From IMG/VR virus record IMGVR_UViG_3300008110_010375: a DNA stretch of 64,000 bases. One strand, 5' to 3'. A program made the position numbers and the translations under genes. This DNA comes from a virus. Positions within the stretch are counted from its first letter, which is position 1. Each line of letters starts with the position of its first letter. The notes beneath the pieces are model-generated. The model saw nothing but the letters and a program-made list of their open reading frames with translations, had not been told where the DNA came from and did no database searches. Positions 46,747-56,397 of this stretch are shown one piece after another.

Positions 46747-47388
46747 CTACGAGTCAATGAACTCGTGATGGTCTAAGTAGAACTGACCAACCAGACTCTT
46801 GTCCTTCGGCATCATAGGGTCGTCGGGACCATCCCACCTCGTCGACTTCTTAACCATGAAGTGGATGTTCTTTGAATGCGCGAGATCACGGGCCTTTTCT
46901 ATGTCTTGTTCATTGAACGAGAATGGAATGTACTGCCACCGAACTCGAACGTCGAATTCCTTCGAGCCCATCTCGAGAATCTCGATGACCTGCTCGAAGT
47001 CGCTCTCCGTAAAGTTGACGCGATAACCCCCGGCGCTACCATAGTATCCATCAACAGCGAAGCTTACTTGGTCGTCAATATCGAGCATTGCGAAGAGTTC
47101 GCGAAAGAATTCTTTAGATTTACCGGATCCATTGGTCGAGATCCAGATGACTTTCCCAGCAGCTTTGAGACGCTTGACTACCTCGAGAAAATTGGGGTGG
47201 TATATCGGGTCACCGTAAGAACCGGAGAGGATGATCTTGTCGAAGGCGGAAGCGCAGTAGAAGTCAACGAGCTCCATCGTCATGTCGACGTTCGCGAGCT
47301 TCTCCTTCTTCTTCATGAGCGTTCGCTCACACTTAGGGCATTCGAGGCGGCATCTAGTGGTAAGCTCGAGGGCGGCGGTCTTAACCAT
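46747..47388 (-). CDS. Radical SAM core protein lacking SPASM domain
   Basis: CRLECPKC, GSYGDP, TNGS, FAVDG. Confidence 0.82.
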   Translation of the reverse strand: MVKTAALELTTRCRLECPKCERTLMKKKEKLANVDMTMELVDFYCASAFDKIILSGSYGDPIYHPNFLEVVKRLKAAGKVIWISTNGSGKSKEFFRELFAMLDIDDQVSFAVDGYYGSAGGYRVNFTESDFEQVIEILEMGSKEFDVRVRWQYIPFSFNEQDIEKARDLAHSKNIHFMVKKSTRWDGPDDPMMPKDKSLVGQFYLDHHEFIDS

Positions 47389-47713
47389 ACTCGACCTCCT
47401 GTCCATTAGTGATCATAAACGGGTTGTCTTTTCCGGCGTCTACCACCTGCTTTGAGCACTTGAGTCTGCAGAACTTTGGAGCCTCAGTCGCTCCAGACTC
47501 TATGTCTCCGATCCACTTCAAGAAAGCGGGATGCTTATGGAAGCTGCCTATGTCTTTCGCAGACTTTATCCTGAAGTCTTCGCCTGAGAAGATCAGCTCG
47601 TTGAACCTAGAGTCGTATTGAGGGACGTTGCAGCAGGGAACCCAATGACCCGTAGCCGTTATCTGGTGCTCCGAGTCGTTCCTGCACTTTGGGATTATCT
47701 GAGAGTTTCGCAT
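47381..47713 (-). CDS. Stand-alone SPASM/twitch-like Fe-S domain protein
   Basis: PKC...ITATGHWVPCC...CRLKC. Confidence 0.65.
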   Translation of the reverse strand: MRNSQIIPKCRNDSEHQITATGHWVPCCNVPQYDSRFNELIFSGEDFRIKSAKDIGSFHKHPAFLKWIGDIESGATEAPKFCRLKCSKQVVDAGKDNPFMITNGQEVEYG

Positions 47714-47721
47714 AATAACCA

Positions 47722-47750
47722 TTGACATTTACCACTAAACTATATATATT
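47722..47750 (+). promoter_or_regulatory. Sigma70-type promoter
   Basis: TTGACA-17-TATATT. Confidence 0.6.
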
Positions 47751-47769
47751 TGGACTATGGAGGTAGACC

Positions 47770-48030
47770 ATGGCATACGTAACGACGAGTGTAGATGTAG
47801 AAGTTTATCTGGAAAAGTTCGATGACGATGATCTCGTAAACGAGGTCAGAAGTCGCGGATACGAGGTATTCAACAAAAATGAAGTCAGCAATGTAAAAAC
47901 TAGCGATACCAGTCACTATGATAAATCTATAAGCGATCTCTACAACACTTATATGACTTGCTCACCGGAACTCTTTAATAGAGAACTAAAAAAGTTCTTC
48001 CGTGAGTATCTAGACGTAGCTTTCATATAA
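47770..48030 (+). CDS. Hypothetical protein
   Basis: GGAGG RBS. Confidence 0.65.
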   Translation: MAYVTTSVDVEVYLEKFDDDDLVNEVRSRGYEVFNKNEVSNVKTSDTSHYDKSISDLYNTYMTCSPELFNRELKKFFREYLDVAFI

Positions 48031-48035
48031 GCCAG

Positions 48036-49361
48036 ATGAAAGATGTTGACAAGTTCTTAAGCACTAAGAAACAATTGGACTCAATCAGTCCATCGATGTG
48101 CTATGCAAAGTGGTCGCAGGTTTCAGTAAAGCTCGGCGACGGCTTCACGCATTCATGTCATCATCCTAAGACGCATAAGATACCCCTCTCTGAAATAGAG
48201 AATAACCCATCGGCTCTTCACAATACTAAATATAAAAAAGAAGCGCGTCGTCAGATGATTGATGGCGTCAGGCCTAAAGAGTGTACATACTGTTGGATAG
48301 CAGAAGACTCTACAAAAGACGAAAACACTTTTAGCGATAGGATCAAAAAAAGCTCATATGATTGGTCAGCGGCGCTAGTTGATAAGATCGTAGCTGATCC
48401 ACACGCCGACATCAATCCATCTTTCATAGAGCTAAGCTTCAATAACACGTGTAACATGAAGTGCAGCTACTGCAGCCCAACGTATAGCTCGAAGTGGGCT
48501 GAGGAGGTAAAGCAGCACGGAGGCTATCCAACATCTTCCAACTTCAACGGAATCGACGTTTCAAAGCTTGTGAAGCAGAGGGACTACAATCCATACATCG
48601 AAGCTTTTTGGAAGTGGTGGCCTGAGCTGAGCAAAGACTTAAAAGTCTTAAGGATCACCGGAGGCGAGCCGCTTCTGTCTAAAAACACCTTTGACTTGAT
48701 CGACATGCTGATCGATGATCCAAAGTCCGACCTAGAGCTTAGGATCAACACGAACCTCAGCGTACCCAATGAGCTCATCGATAAGTTCATAGATAAGATG
48801 CAGCGCGTTCGATTGGCTAAAAAGAGAGTCTTCACCAGCTGCGAGGCGTACGGCGAGAAAGCCGAGTACATCAGGTTTGGTTTGAACTATCAGAAGTGGC
48901 ATGAAAACTGTGAGAAGATCTTACGAAGCCTGCCTGACTGCAGTCTTCAGATCATGAGCGCCTACAACGCTTTATGCACTACCAGCTTTGACGACTTTAT
49001 AAAAGACTTACTTTCGTTCAAAGGTAGAAACAACTTCTACGTAGATGTAGCTTTCGTGACGGATCCGTATCATCAATCTATTTTCATACTCGACGAATCG
49101 TTTGATCGATTCTTTAAAGATCACATCGAGACTTTTGAACGACACGGATTCTCAGCGCCTGAGACTAACAACGTCAAGCGAATCTACGACGTCTATAAGA
49201 ATAGAAACAGTCATCCGGCCGCTGACGTAAAGAGGGGAAGGAAAGACTTTGTTAAGTTCATAGATGAGCACGACGCTAGGAGAGGCACTGATTTTTTTAC
49301 GACTTTTCCTGAGATGGAAAAGTTCTACATCGACTGCATGAATAGAATGATCGGAGAATAA
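48036..49361 (+). CDS. Radical SAM protein with N-terminal twitch-like domain
   Basis: C..KW...SCHHP...ECTYCW; CNMKCSYC; TGGEPLL. Confidence 0.88.
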   Translation: MKDVDKFLSTKKQLDSISPSMCYAKWSQVSVKLGDGFTHSCHHPKTHKIPLSEIENNPSALHNTKYKKEARRQMIDGVRPKECTYCWIAEDSTKDENTFSDRIKKSSYDWSAALVDKIVADPHADINPSFIELSFNNTCNMKCSYCSPTYSSKWAEEVKQHGGYPTSSNFNGIDVSKLVKQRDYNPYIEAFWKWWPELSKDLKVLRITGGEPLLSKNTFDLIDMLIDDPKSDLELRINTNLSVPNELIDKFIDKMQRVRLAKKRVFTSCEAYGEKAEYIRFGLNYQKWHENCEKILRSLPDCSLQIMSAYNALCTTSFDDFIKDLLSFKGRNNFYVDVAFVTDPYHQSIFILDESFDRFFKDHIETFERHGFSAPETNNVKRIYDVYKNRNSHPAADVKRGRKDFVKFIDEHDARRGTDFFTTFPEMEKFYIDCMNRMIGE

Positions 49362-50015
49362 ATGAGAGCCAACATAGTAGCGTATACGAAGTCAGAGAGC
49401 TCGACGCTCGATGAGTTCGTCGCATACGTCGCGAGGGTGTCTAACCCATCGAACCAGCACAACGCACAGACTTCTTCGAAGCTGATTAAATACTTGATCG
49501 ATCATCAGCACTGGTCGCCTTTTGAGATGGCACACATCACGATGGAGATAAACACTACCCGTGATATCGCGCGTCAAATCCTCAGGCACAGGTCGTTCTC
49601 GTTTCAAGAGTTCTCGCAAAGGTACGCCGACCCGACCTCGACCCTCGGCTTCACATCCAGAGAAGCCCGTCTCCAAGATACACGAAATCGCCAGAATTCG
49701 ATACACACAGACGATGAATCTCTACAGGGAGAGTGGAGACTCAAGCAGCGAGAAATCATCGAGCAATCGTTTGAAGTCTATAGCTGGGCTATTCAAAACG
49801 GAGTCGCCAAAGAACAGGCTCGAGCAGTTCTCCCTGAAGGCCTCACCCTATCTCGTCTTTATATGGCTGGCTCTCTGCGCTCTTGGATTCATTATTGCCA
49901 GCTTCGAATGAAGAAGGATACGCAGAAGGAGCACCGCGAGGTGGCCACCGACTGCTGGTATGAATTGATCCGCATCTGCCCCTCACTGAAAGATTTGAAC
50001 CTCATCGCGCCATGA
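49362..50015 (+). CDS. thyX: FAD-dependent thymidylate synthase
   Basis: HWSPFE, RHRSFSFQEFSQRY, ARAVLP, TQKEHR. Confidence 0.95.
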   Translation: MRANIVAYTKSESSTLDEFVAYVARVSNPSNQHNAQTSSKLIKYLIDHQHWSPFEMAHITMEINTTRDIARQILRHRSFSFQEFSQRYADPTSTLGFTSREARLQDTRNRQNSIHTDDESLQGEWRLKQREIIEQSFEVYSWAIQNGVAKEQARAVLPEGLTLSRLYMAGSLRSWIHYCQLRMKKDTQKEHREVATDCWYELIRICPSLKDLNLIAP

Positions 50016-50497
50016 TCACGTTTAAGAACACGAAGCTCGTCGATAAACAGTCGCTGAAGTACTGCAGGTCTTTAGCAGAATACGTCATGAACAAGTTCTT
50101 CACCAAGCAAAAGCAGTCAAGGATGAAGATCAGCGTGAACTTCGTACAAGGTTTGTACGACAAAGAACACAGCTACGCCGACTGCGTATGGGAAGACGAG
50201 CATCGCTTTGGAAACGAGTTCACGATTCGTCTCGATCCAAAGCAAAAAATTAACCTTCTGTTAAATAGCATCGCCCACGAGCTTGTACACGTTAAGCAGT
50301 GGGCAAAGGGCGAGTACTATGAATTGGTACATGAGCCTAAGGTATATAAGTTCAACGGAAAGAAGGTCGACACAGGTAAGGTCGACTATTGGGATACGCC
50401 GTGGGAGATCGAAGCCCACGGTCGTGCAATCGGGTTGGTCGTACAGTGGAAGAGGGACAACAAGATTCCCGCTTCCAACCTCATCTTAGAAGACTGA
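50012..50497 (+). CDS. HEXXH metallopeptidase-like protein
   Basis: AHELVHVKQ...PWEIEA. Confidence 0.75.
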   Translation: MITFKNTKLVDKQSLKYCRSLAEYVMNKFFTKQKQSRMKISVNFVQGLYDKEHSYADCVWEDEHRFGNEFTIRLDPKQKINLLLNSIAHELVHVKQWAKGEYYELVHEPKVYKFNGKKVDTGKVDYWDTPWEIEAHGRAIGLVVQWKRDNKIPASNLILED

Positions 50498-50517
50498 CCC
50501 ACAACTAGGAGTAAAAC

Positions 50518-51132
50518 ATGAAGAAGTATTTCATCGTCGCGGCCATGCTCGCGACAACCTCTGCGTTTGCTACGGACTTGCCAAACAAGAACAAAGCGCC
50601 TGCAGCTCCAGCGGCTAAAGCTAGCTCGGACAGCTTGACCGTAACTTACGGCCAAGACCTTGCGACCAACTTCGGCGCGAAGTCGAACGACACTTACGGC
50701 GTGTCTTACAAGAAGAACCTCGGCGGCGGCATCAGCGTAGGCGGATCTCTCTCGACGAGCCAAGCCGCGGCTTCAAACCTCAAGCAGAACATTGAAGGTC
50801 AAGTGGGCTACGCTCTTCCTGCGATCTCAGGTGTCGTTGTTTCAGGTAAGCTCGGCGTCGGTCAACGCTTCACGACCACAAACTTCCCCTACTACGCGGC
50901 ATACGGCAACGCCGACTATAAGCTCGGTCCCATCACCGTCAACGCCGTGCAGTATCGCTACCGTGCGGCTTTCGACGCGGCCAACGACTACACGAGCCAT
51001 CAGATCGGCACCGGTGTGACGTATGACATCACCGACACCTATGCTGTTTCAGCGAAGGTGACCCGCTCGTACGATACATCGCTCAATGCAACCGGCGACG
51101 CGATCTCCGGCGGCTTGACGATTAAGTTCTAA
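50518..51132 (+). CDS. Outer-membrane beta-barrel protein
   Basis: Signal peptide then ATDLP, amphipathic strands, C-terminal F. Confidence 0.7.
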   Translation: MKKYFIVAAMLATTSAFATDLPNKNKAPAAPAAKASSDSLTVTYGQDLATNFGAKSNDTYGVSYKKNLGGGISVGGSLSTSQAAASNLKQNIEGQVGYALPAISGVVVSGKLGVGQRFTTTNFPYYAAYGNADYKLGPITVNAVQYRYRAAFDAANDYTSHQIGTGVTYDITDTYAVSAKVTRSYDTSLNATGDAISGGLTIKF

Positions 51133-52251
51133 GTGAAGCCCCTTTGCTACGCACCCTTCATAGGTCTGTACGCATCTAACAAGGATGGGTACGCGCCCTG
51201 CTGCGTATCAAAGAAGTTCAACGACGCCGGACCGGAGCAATTCTGGTCCGGCGAAGTCATGTCTAGGATAAGGAAGTCCCTCCTGCTGGGAGAGTTTCCA
51301 GACAGCTGCGGCCTCTGCGCAAAGAAGGTGGCAAACAGATTAACCAGCGACGTCGACTACTGGGCGCATGAGTATAAGATGGCGGGTGAACCCGATACGT
51401 CGGATCCGAAGCCTATAATACTCGACTATAGACCATCCAACCAATGCAACTTAAAGTGTAGGATGTGCGGATCGGCTGCGTCTAGCTCGATCGAGAATGA
51501 AGTCGAGGCGAATCCGGGGCTGGCGAAGTGGTACGGAAAGCCTAAGCCTGAGCTTAACATCAACGATAAGATGATAGAATACGTTCAGTCTCTCGACTTA
51601 CTCAAGGTAAAGATACTTGGCGGTGAGCCGTCGATCGATCCCGGTGTCTGGGACTTCATGGCGGCGATGGCGAACAGGAAGCGCAAGCCGACGCTTAAAG
51701 TGACCACGAACGCAACGAGTATAAACCCTAAGTTCATAGAGCTTCTCAAAAAGTTTGACAAGCTTGAGATGACGTTCAGCGTCGACGCGATCGGCGACAC
51801 GTACGACTACATAAGGACCAACGCAAGATGGAAGAACACCGAGCGTAACATCTTAAGCTTCATGTCCAGCAACGACTGCAAGGTAAGCTTCAACGTGGTG
51901 TTGACTCCCTTCAACATCTTCTCACTCGACAAGCTGGTGGATTGGTTCTACGACCTTTGGTTCAGAGGCTATAAGTTCAAAGTAAACTTCGATGATTCCG
52001 ACGACTTGACGACCAGCCTCTCATCGGTTTTAGTGGTGCACGTCGACGACGCCCTCAACTCCTTAAATATAAAGAAGCTGCAGGCGATAGGATCACTCGA
52101 ACTCATAAGCATCCTTGAGAAGTCTGAGTTCGATCATTCCGCGCATGAATCTTTCAAGCGATTCGCCGCCGCTCTCGACAGGGTTAGAAAAACAAGATTG
52201 ACAGATCTAGATTATAGGTTCCATGAGTACATTGAAGAAGCTTCCATCTGA
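51133..52251 (+). CDS. Radical SAM protein with N-terminal twitch-like domain
   Basis: C.APF...PCC...CGLC; CNLKCRMC; GGEP. Confidence 0.88.
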   Translation: MKPLCYAPFIGLYASNKDGYAPCCVSKKFNDAGPEQFWSGEVMSRIRKSLLLGEFPDSCGLCAKKVANRLTSDVDYWAHEYKMAGEPDTSDPKPIILDYRPSNQCNLKCRMCGSAASSSIENEVEANPGLAKWYGKPKPELNINDKMIEYVQSLDLLKVKILGGEPSIDPGVWDFMAAMANRKRKPTLKVTTNATSINPKFIELLKKFDKLEMTFSVDAIGDTYDYIRTNARWKNTERNILSFMSSNDCKVSFNVVLTPFNIFSLDKLVDWFYDLWFRGYKFKVNFDDSDDLTTSLSSVLVVHVDDALNSLNIKKLQAIGSLELISILEKSEFDHSAHESFKRFAAALDRVRKTRLTDLDYRFHEYIEEASI

Positions 52252-53617
52252 CACCTTCTGCATCCTACCATGGATACACCTAAGCACGAGACCCGACGGC
52301 TCGATGCGCGTATGCTGCACGGCGAACGCGTCGTCGGTCGGTCCTACGAACGATAAGGTTCACGGTGGACAGGTGGGAATCCTAAAGACCGAGGACGGCA
52401 AGCCCAACAACTTAAACGTCTCCGACTTCCTATCGAGCTGGAACTCCAGCTACATGAAGAACGTTCGCCTGCAGATGCTCGACGGTGAGAAGCCTCCGTC
52501 CTGCCTGAAGTGCTTCAAGGAGGAAGCGGCGGGCTACGTAAGCAAGCGCAAGTGGGAGACTGAGTACTGGTCGAAGCGCGTCGACATCGAGCGACTCATC
52601 GACAACACAAACTGGGACGGATCGGTTCCGCCTGAGCTCATATACATCGACTTGCGCTTCGGCACCAAGTGTCAGCTCGCATGCGTCATGTGCAGCCCTC
52701 ACGACAGCTCGGGTTGGATCAAGGATCACCAAGCGATCTTTCCACAGGTCAAGAACCAAGTACTCAAGCAGAACATGACGTGGAGCAACAAGGGATCTTT
52801 CAATGGATCATCCTACAACTGGCACAAGAACAACCCAAAGTTCTGGGAACAGTTCTACGAGCAGATACCAAACATGCAGCAGATCTACTTCGCTGGTGGT
52901 GAGAGCACCATCATCGAGGAACACTACGATATATTGGAGAAATGCATCGAGCTCGGCCACGCAAAGAACCTCGAGATCAGGTACAACTCGAACTCCGTTG
53001 AGTGGAGGGAAGATCTATTTGATCTATGGAGCCAGTTCAAGCTCGTGCGGTTTCACTACTCAGTGGATGACATCTTTGCGAGAAACGAGTACATCCGCTA
53101 TCCGTCGAAGTGGGAGCGCACTCAAGAAGTTTTTCACATACTTGACACGCAGACGCCCGACAACACCGAAGTGACAATCGCCTGCTCCGTGCAGTTCCTC
53201 AACGCCTACTACATCCCTGAGTTCATCAGGTGGAAGCTCGAGCAGAACTTCAAGAAGATAAACGTATGGCCTCAGACCGGCGGAGGCGTCAACTTTCACT
53301 TCGTCTATCACCCCGCCCACCTCAACGTCAAGGTGCTGCCCAAGTGGTTCAAGGCTGAGATACGTAGAAAGTACGAGGAGTTCATTCCTTGGTGGGAAGC
53401 GAACTGGCGAATGGGAGTGAGAGAGGACATCACCTACGACGAGTGGCGCAACAACAAGTACGGCGTCAAGACCCTGCACAGCATCCTCGACTTCATGGAG
53501 GCCGAGGACTGGAGCGTGCGTCTTCCCGAGACTCAGGAGTTCTTGAAGCTGTGCGACAAGCAGCGCGGGATAAGCTTCGAGGAAACGTTTCCAGAGATGC
53601 GAAATGTCTTTAGTTAA
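52223..53617 (+). CDS. Radical SAM protein with N-terminal twitch-like domain
   Basis: CILPW...VCC...CLKC; CQLACVMC; AGGE. Confidence 0.88.
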   Translation: MSTLKKLPSDTFCILPWIHLSTRPDGSMRVCCTANASSVGPTNDKVHGGQVGILKTEDGKPNNLNVSDFLSSWNSSYMKNVRLQMLDGEKPPSCLKCFKEEAAGYVSKRKWETEYWSKRVDIERLIDNTNWDGSVPPELIYIDLRFGTKCQLACVMCSPHDSSGWIKDHQAIFPQVKNQVLKQNMTWSNKGSFNGSSYNWHKNNPKFWEQFYEQIPNMQQIYFAGGESTIIEEHYDILEKCIELGHAKNLEIRYNSNSVEWREDLFDLWSQFKLVRFHYSVDDIFARNEYIRYPSKWERTQEVFHILDTQTPDNTEVTIACSVQFLNAYYIPEFIRWKLEQNFKKINVWPQTGGGVNFHFVYHPAHLNVKVLPKWFKAEIRRKYEEFIPWWEANWRMGVREDITYDEWRNNKYGVKTLHSILDFMEAEDWSVRLPETQEFLKLCDKQRGISFEETFPEMRNVFS

Positions 53618-54470
53618 GGACGCGATACGCCAGTACAATGAGTTTTGGACGGGCGACGTCGACCCTGAATTCTATGAGTTCGGCGGGCTTCCGATACCGC
53701 TTTCGTTCTCATGGAAGCGCGTCTGCGTCAACTTATCCGGAGGCGCCGACAGCGCCCTGCTCATGGCCGCCCTGTGCAAAGTCATAATCGACAACGGTCT
53801 TAACACGAAAGTCGACGCCATAAGCTTCGCCAGGTGCTGGAGCAATCGACCGTGGCAGCCGTTCATAGGCGAAGCGGTGTTTAAGAAGATCAAGTCGATG
53901 TTTCCCGACGTGGTCGGCGTTCAGCACAAACCCTTCATAGCACCTGAGCTTGAGCACGCGGCCATCGGCTTCTTGACAGAAGACAACAAGAGTGCGTCGT
54001 CGATAACCACGAGAAGCTTCAACGACTTTCACTGCTTCTACAACGAAGACGTCGGAGCGGTGTTTCACGGCAGGACCAAGAACGCCCGCGACCTTCAAGA
54101 CCATCCGTGGAGGATGCAGGTTCGAGACGATCCACGCGAGGAGGATATGATCGAGCGACTGGAGCACTCGGAGAAGTATGTCTTCAGGCCTCTGCTGCTG
54201 GTGGAGAAGGACTGGGTCGTCGATCAGTACATTAGGAACGATTGGATGGAGTTGTTCGACACGACTCGAAGCTGCGAGGCGAACATCGATGAGTTCAACA
54301 GGGGCTGGAGATACAAAGCGGAAGATCCCATAGTCGAGTGTGGTGTATGCTATTGGTGCGTCGAGAGAAACTGGTCTTTGAAGAAGACGTTTGGATCGAC
54401 GTTGGTCTTCGAGGAAGTGGCGGCGGATAAATACGGTAATGGCCAACCTATCGATAAACGAACTTCTTAA
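53604..54470 (+). CDS. QueC-like PP-loop ATPase (copy 2)
   Basis: LSGGADS; TRSC...CGVCYWCVER. Confidence 0.75.
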   Translation: MSLVKDAIRQYNEFWTGDVDPEFYEFGGLPIPLSFSWKRVCVNLSGGADSALLMAALCKVIIDNGLNTKVDAISFARCWSNRPWQPFIGEAVFKKIKSMFPDVVGVQHKPFIAPELEHAAIGFLTEDNKSASSITTRSFNDFHCFYNEDVGAVFHGRTKNARDLQDHPWRMQVRDDPREEDMIERLEHSEKYVFRPLLLVEKDWVVDQYIRNDWMELFDTTRSCEANIDEFNRGWRYKAEDPIVECGVCYWCVERNWSLKKTFGSTLVFEEVAADKYGNGQPIDKRTS

Positions 54471-55728
54471 GCCGGGACGAGAGTTTAGATCGGCAAAGAT
54501 AGTTGAGAAGATGAAGTCCGGCAGCCCATTTGAGCTCGACACCGGAACCAAAGTCGTTCTTCTCTATGATAAAAACGTTGAAGACATCCTTCTTGATAAG
54601 AACAAGCTTTCAAAAGCTAAGAACATAGAGTTCACGACCAAGACCAACCAAAAGATCCCGCTGACTAAGATAAAGAAGAACTCTGAGTTTGGTGGAGCTG
54701 GGGGATCAGGATTGGGCGCCAAGGGTACGGCTATCGCGGAGTCGCTTCACGCTCTGTACGCTCAAGCCATCTTCGACTACGGATCAACTTCCGTCGACGC
54801 TTTGACGAAAGCTTCGAAGACGATCGATGTGACCGAGAGTCTGAATGATATGCTCAGCATGCCCGACGACTGGATAAAGTCGGCCGAAGCTTCGGCGAAG
54901 ATAATTCTATCAAACTTCAAGAGCGGAAAGAAGGTTCGCTTTCACCGAGGCTCGAGGTGGGTCAAGGCGCTTGAAGAAACTTTCAACAGGTTGAACAAGC
55001 AGCACGGCTCGTTCTCAGACATCAACAAGTGGTCGCCCGCTGACATATACCTCATCAGTGAAGCGGGATCAAAGATCGACTTCAGCAAGGCGAAGAACCT
55101 CACCGACTTAAACTCAATGATGTTCAGCGCTCTCAAGAGCAAAGACGTAGTCGGCATATCTCTGAAGAAGGTCGTCGGCAACGGCCACCTCAGCTTCTAC
55201 AACGTAGGCGATAAAAAGAAGAAGATCGAATTCAAGGACTACACCGTCGGTAAGACTGGCTTCTTTAATTCAAAAGACACGTTCATATTCTTCGAGGTCG
55301 ACGGACAACTTCAGATGAGAACCTTCCCATCGTTCCAAGGTGAGATCAAGGGTAAGAACGCCAGTCAAGGTAAGATAGGCTACGGCGGAATCGCGTCGAT
55401 CATTAGAACTAAGCTGAACGCCACGGCCCCCGACATCAACGCGACGAAAGCGAAGATAAAGGCGAAAGACTCAGACTTTCTCAAGAGCTTCTACGAGCTA
55501 TACCTAACCTTAAGCAAGGACGGCGGCAAGGTCAAGTACGACGAGTTCGTCAAGAAGTCATACGAACTAAACGAGGAGTGGATGCTTTCAAAGTACCTCG
55601 GCTCCTCATTGATCGACGTGCTTCTCAAGACTAAAATCAAGGACGGCAGGAACCTGTTCGTCTCGGCGATAGTCGACTACGCGGCTTCTTCGACAGACCT
55701 ATCGGGTCCATTCGCTAAGATTCAATAA
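54439..55728 (+). CDS. Hypothetical protein, restriction-endonuclease-like
   Basis: AES...KWSPADIYL...GISLKK (PD...SxK). Confidence 0.5.
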   Translation: MANLSINELLKPGREFRSAKIVEKMKSGSPFELDTGTKVVLLYDKNVEDILLDKNKLSKAKNIEFTTKTNQKIPLTKIKKNSEFGGAGGSGLGAKGTAIAESLHALYAQAIFDYGSTSVDALTKASKTIDVTESLNDMLSMPDDWIKSAEASAKIILSNFKSGKKVRFHRGSRWVKALEETFNRLNKQHGSFSDINKWSPADIYLISEAGSKIDFSKAKNLTDLNSMMFSALKSKDVVGISLKKVVGNGHLSFYNVGDKKKKIEFKDYTVGKTGFFNSKDTFIFFEVDGQLQMRTFPSFQGEIKGKNASQGKIGYGGIASIIRTKLNATAPDINATKAKIKAKDSDFLKSFYELYLTLSKDGGKVKYDEFVKKSYELNEEWMLSKYLGSSLIDVLLKTKIKDGRNLFVSAIVDYAASSTDLSGPFAKIQ

Positions 55729-55749
55729 ATAGTTTTTTAGGGAACGCAC

Positions 55750-56397
55750 ATGAAGACTTTTACAGACTTTCTGACCGAAGCAGCCGGCGCCAAGCTCAAA
55801 CACCTTGAGCATCCCGAGGACAACGCCGTGACTTCAGCCGCCGGCTTCACCCACGCTTTCAAGGCGCTTCACGACGTTCACAAGGCGCTGAAGGGTCAGA
55901 AGAGCACCTCGCACGTCACCACCAAGCTCGACGGATCGCCGTCGATAGTGTTCGGTCGCCATCCTCAGACGGGTAAGTTCTTCGTCGCATCGAAGTCGGC
56001 GTTCAACAAGAATCCAAAGATCAACTACAGCCACGAAGACATCGATCGCAACCACGGTCACTCACCGGGACTCGCATCGAAGCTCAAGCAGGCGCTTGAG
56101 CACCTACCGAAGGTGACGCCTAAGAAGGGCGTCTATCAGGGCGACTTCATGCACTCGCACGACGACAGGCACGAAACTGACACGCACGTTCACTTCAAGC
56201 CGAACACCATCAGCTACTCAATCAAGAAGAGCTCGCCCGAAGGTCAGAAGGCCGTCAAGTCGAAGATCGGCGTCGCGGTTCACACCAAGTACGAAGGAAA
56301 GAGCTTGGAAGACATGCACGCTACTCCACACGTTGACCATGAAAACTTCAAGCAGCATAGAGATGTACATCTAATCTCTACACAGGCTAAGATTTAA
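55750..56397 (+). CDS. RNA-ligase-like (DUF6267-type) protein, N-terminal half
   Basis: MKTFTDFLTEA, HLEHPED, TKLDGSP (motif I), YQGDFM, FKPNTI.Y, HTKY. Confidence 0.7.
   Translation: MKTFTDFLTEAAGAKLKHLEHPEDNAVTSAAGFTHAFKALHDVHKALKGQKSTSHVTTKLDGSPSIVFGRHPQTGKFFVASKSAFNKNPKINYSHEDIDRNHGHSPGLASKLKQALEHLPKVTPKKGVYQGDFMHSHDDRHETDTHVHFKPNTISYSIKKSSPEGQKAVKSKIGVAVHTKYEGKSLEDMHATPHVDHENFKQHRDVHLISTQAKI

Noticed and set aside
27198-54470. 7-deazaguanine (preQ0/archaeosine) DNA modification pathway from QueC-like, radical SAM and amidinotransferase genes
   Set aside because: No recognisable FolE, QueD, QueE or DpdA in this window, and the QueC-like proteins share only PP-loop and zinc motifs; the missing genes could lie outside the window
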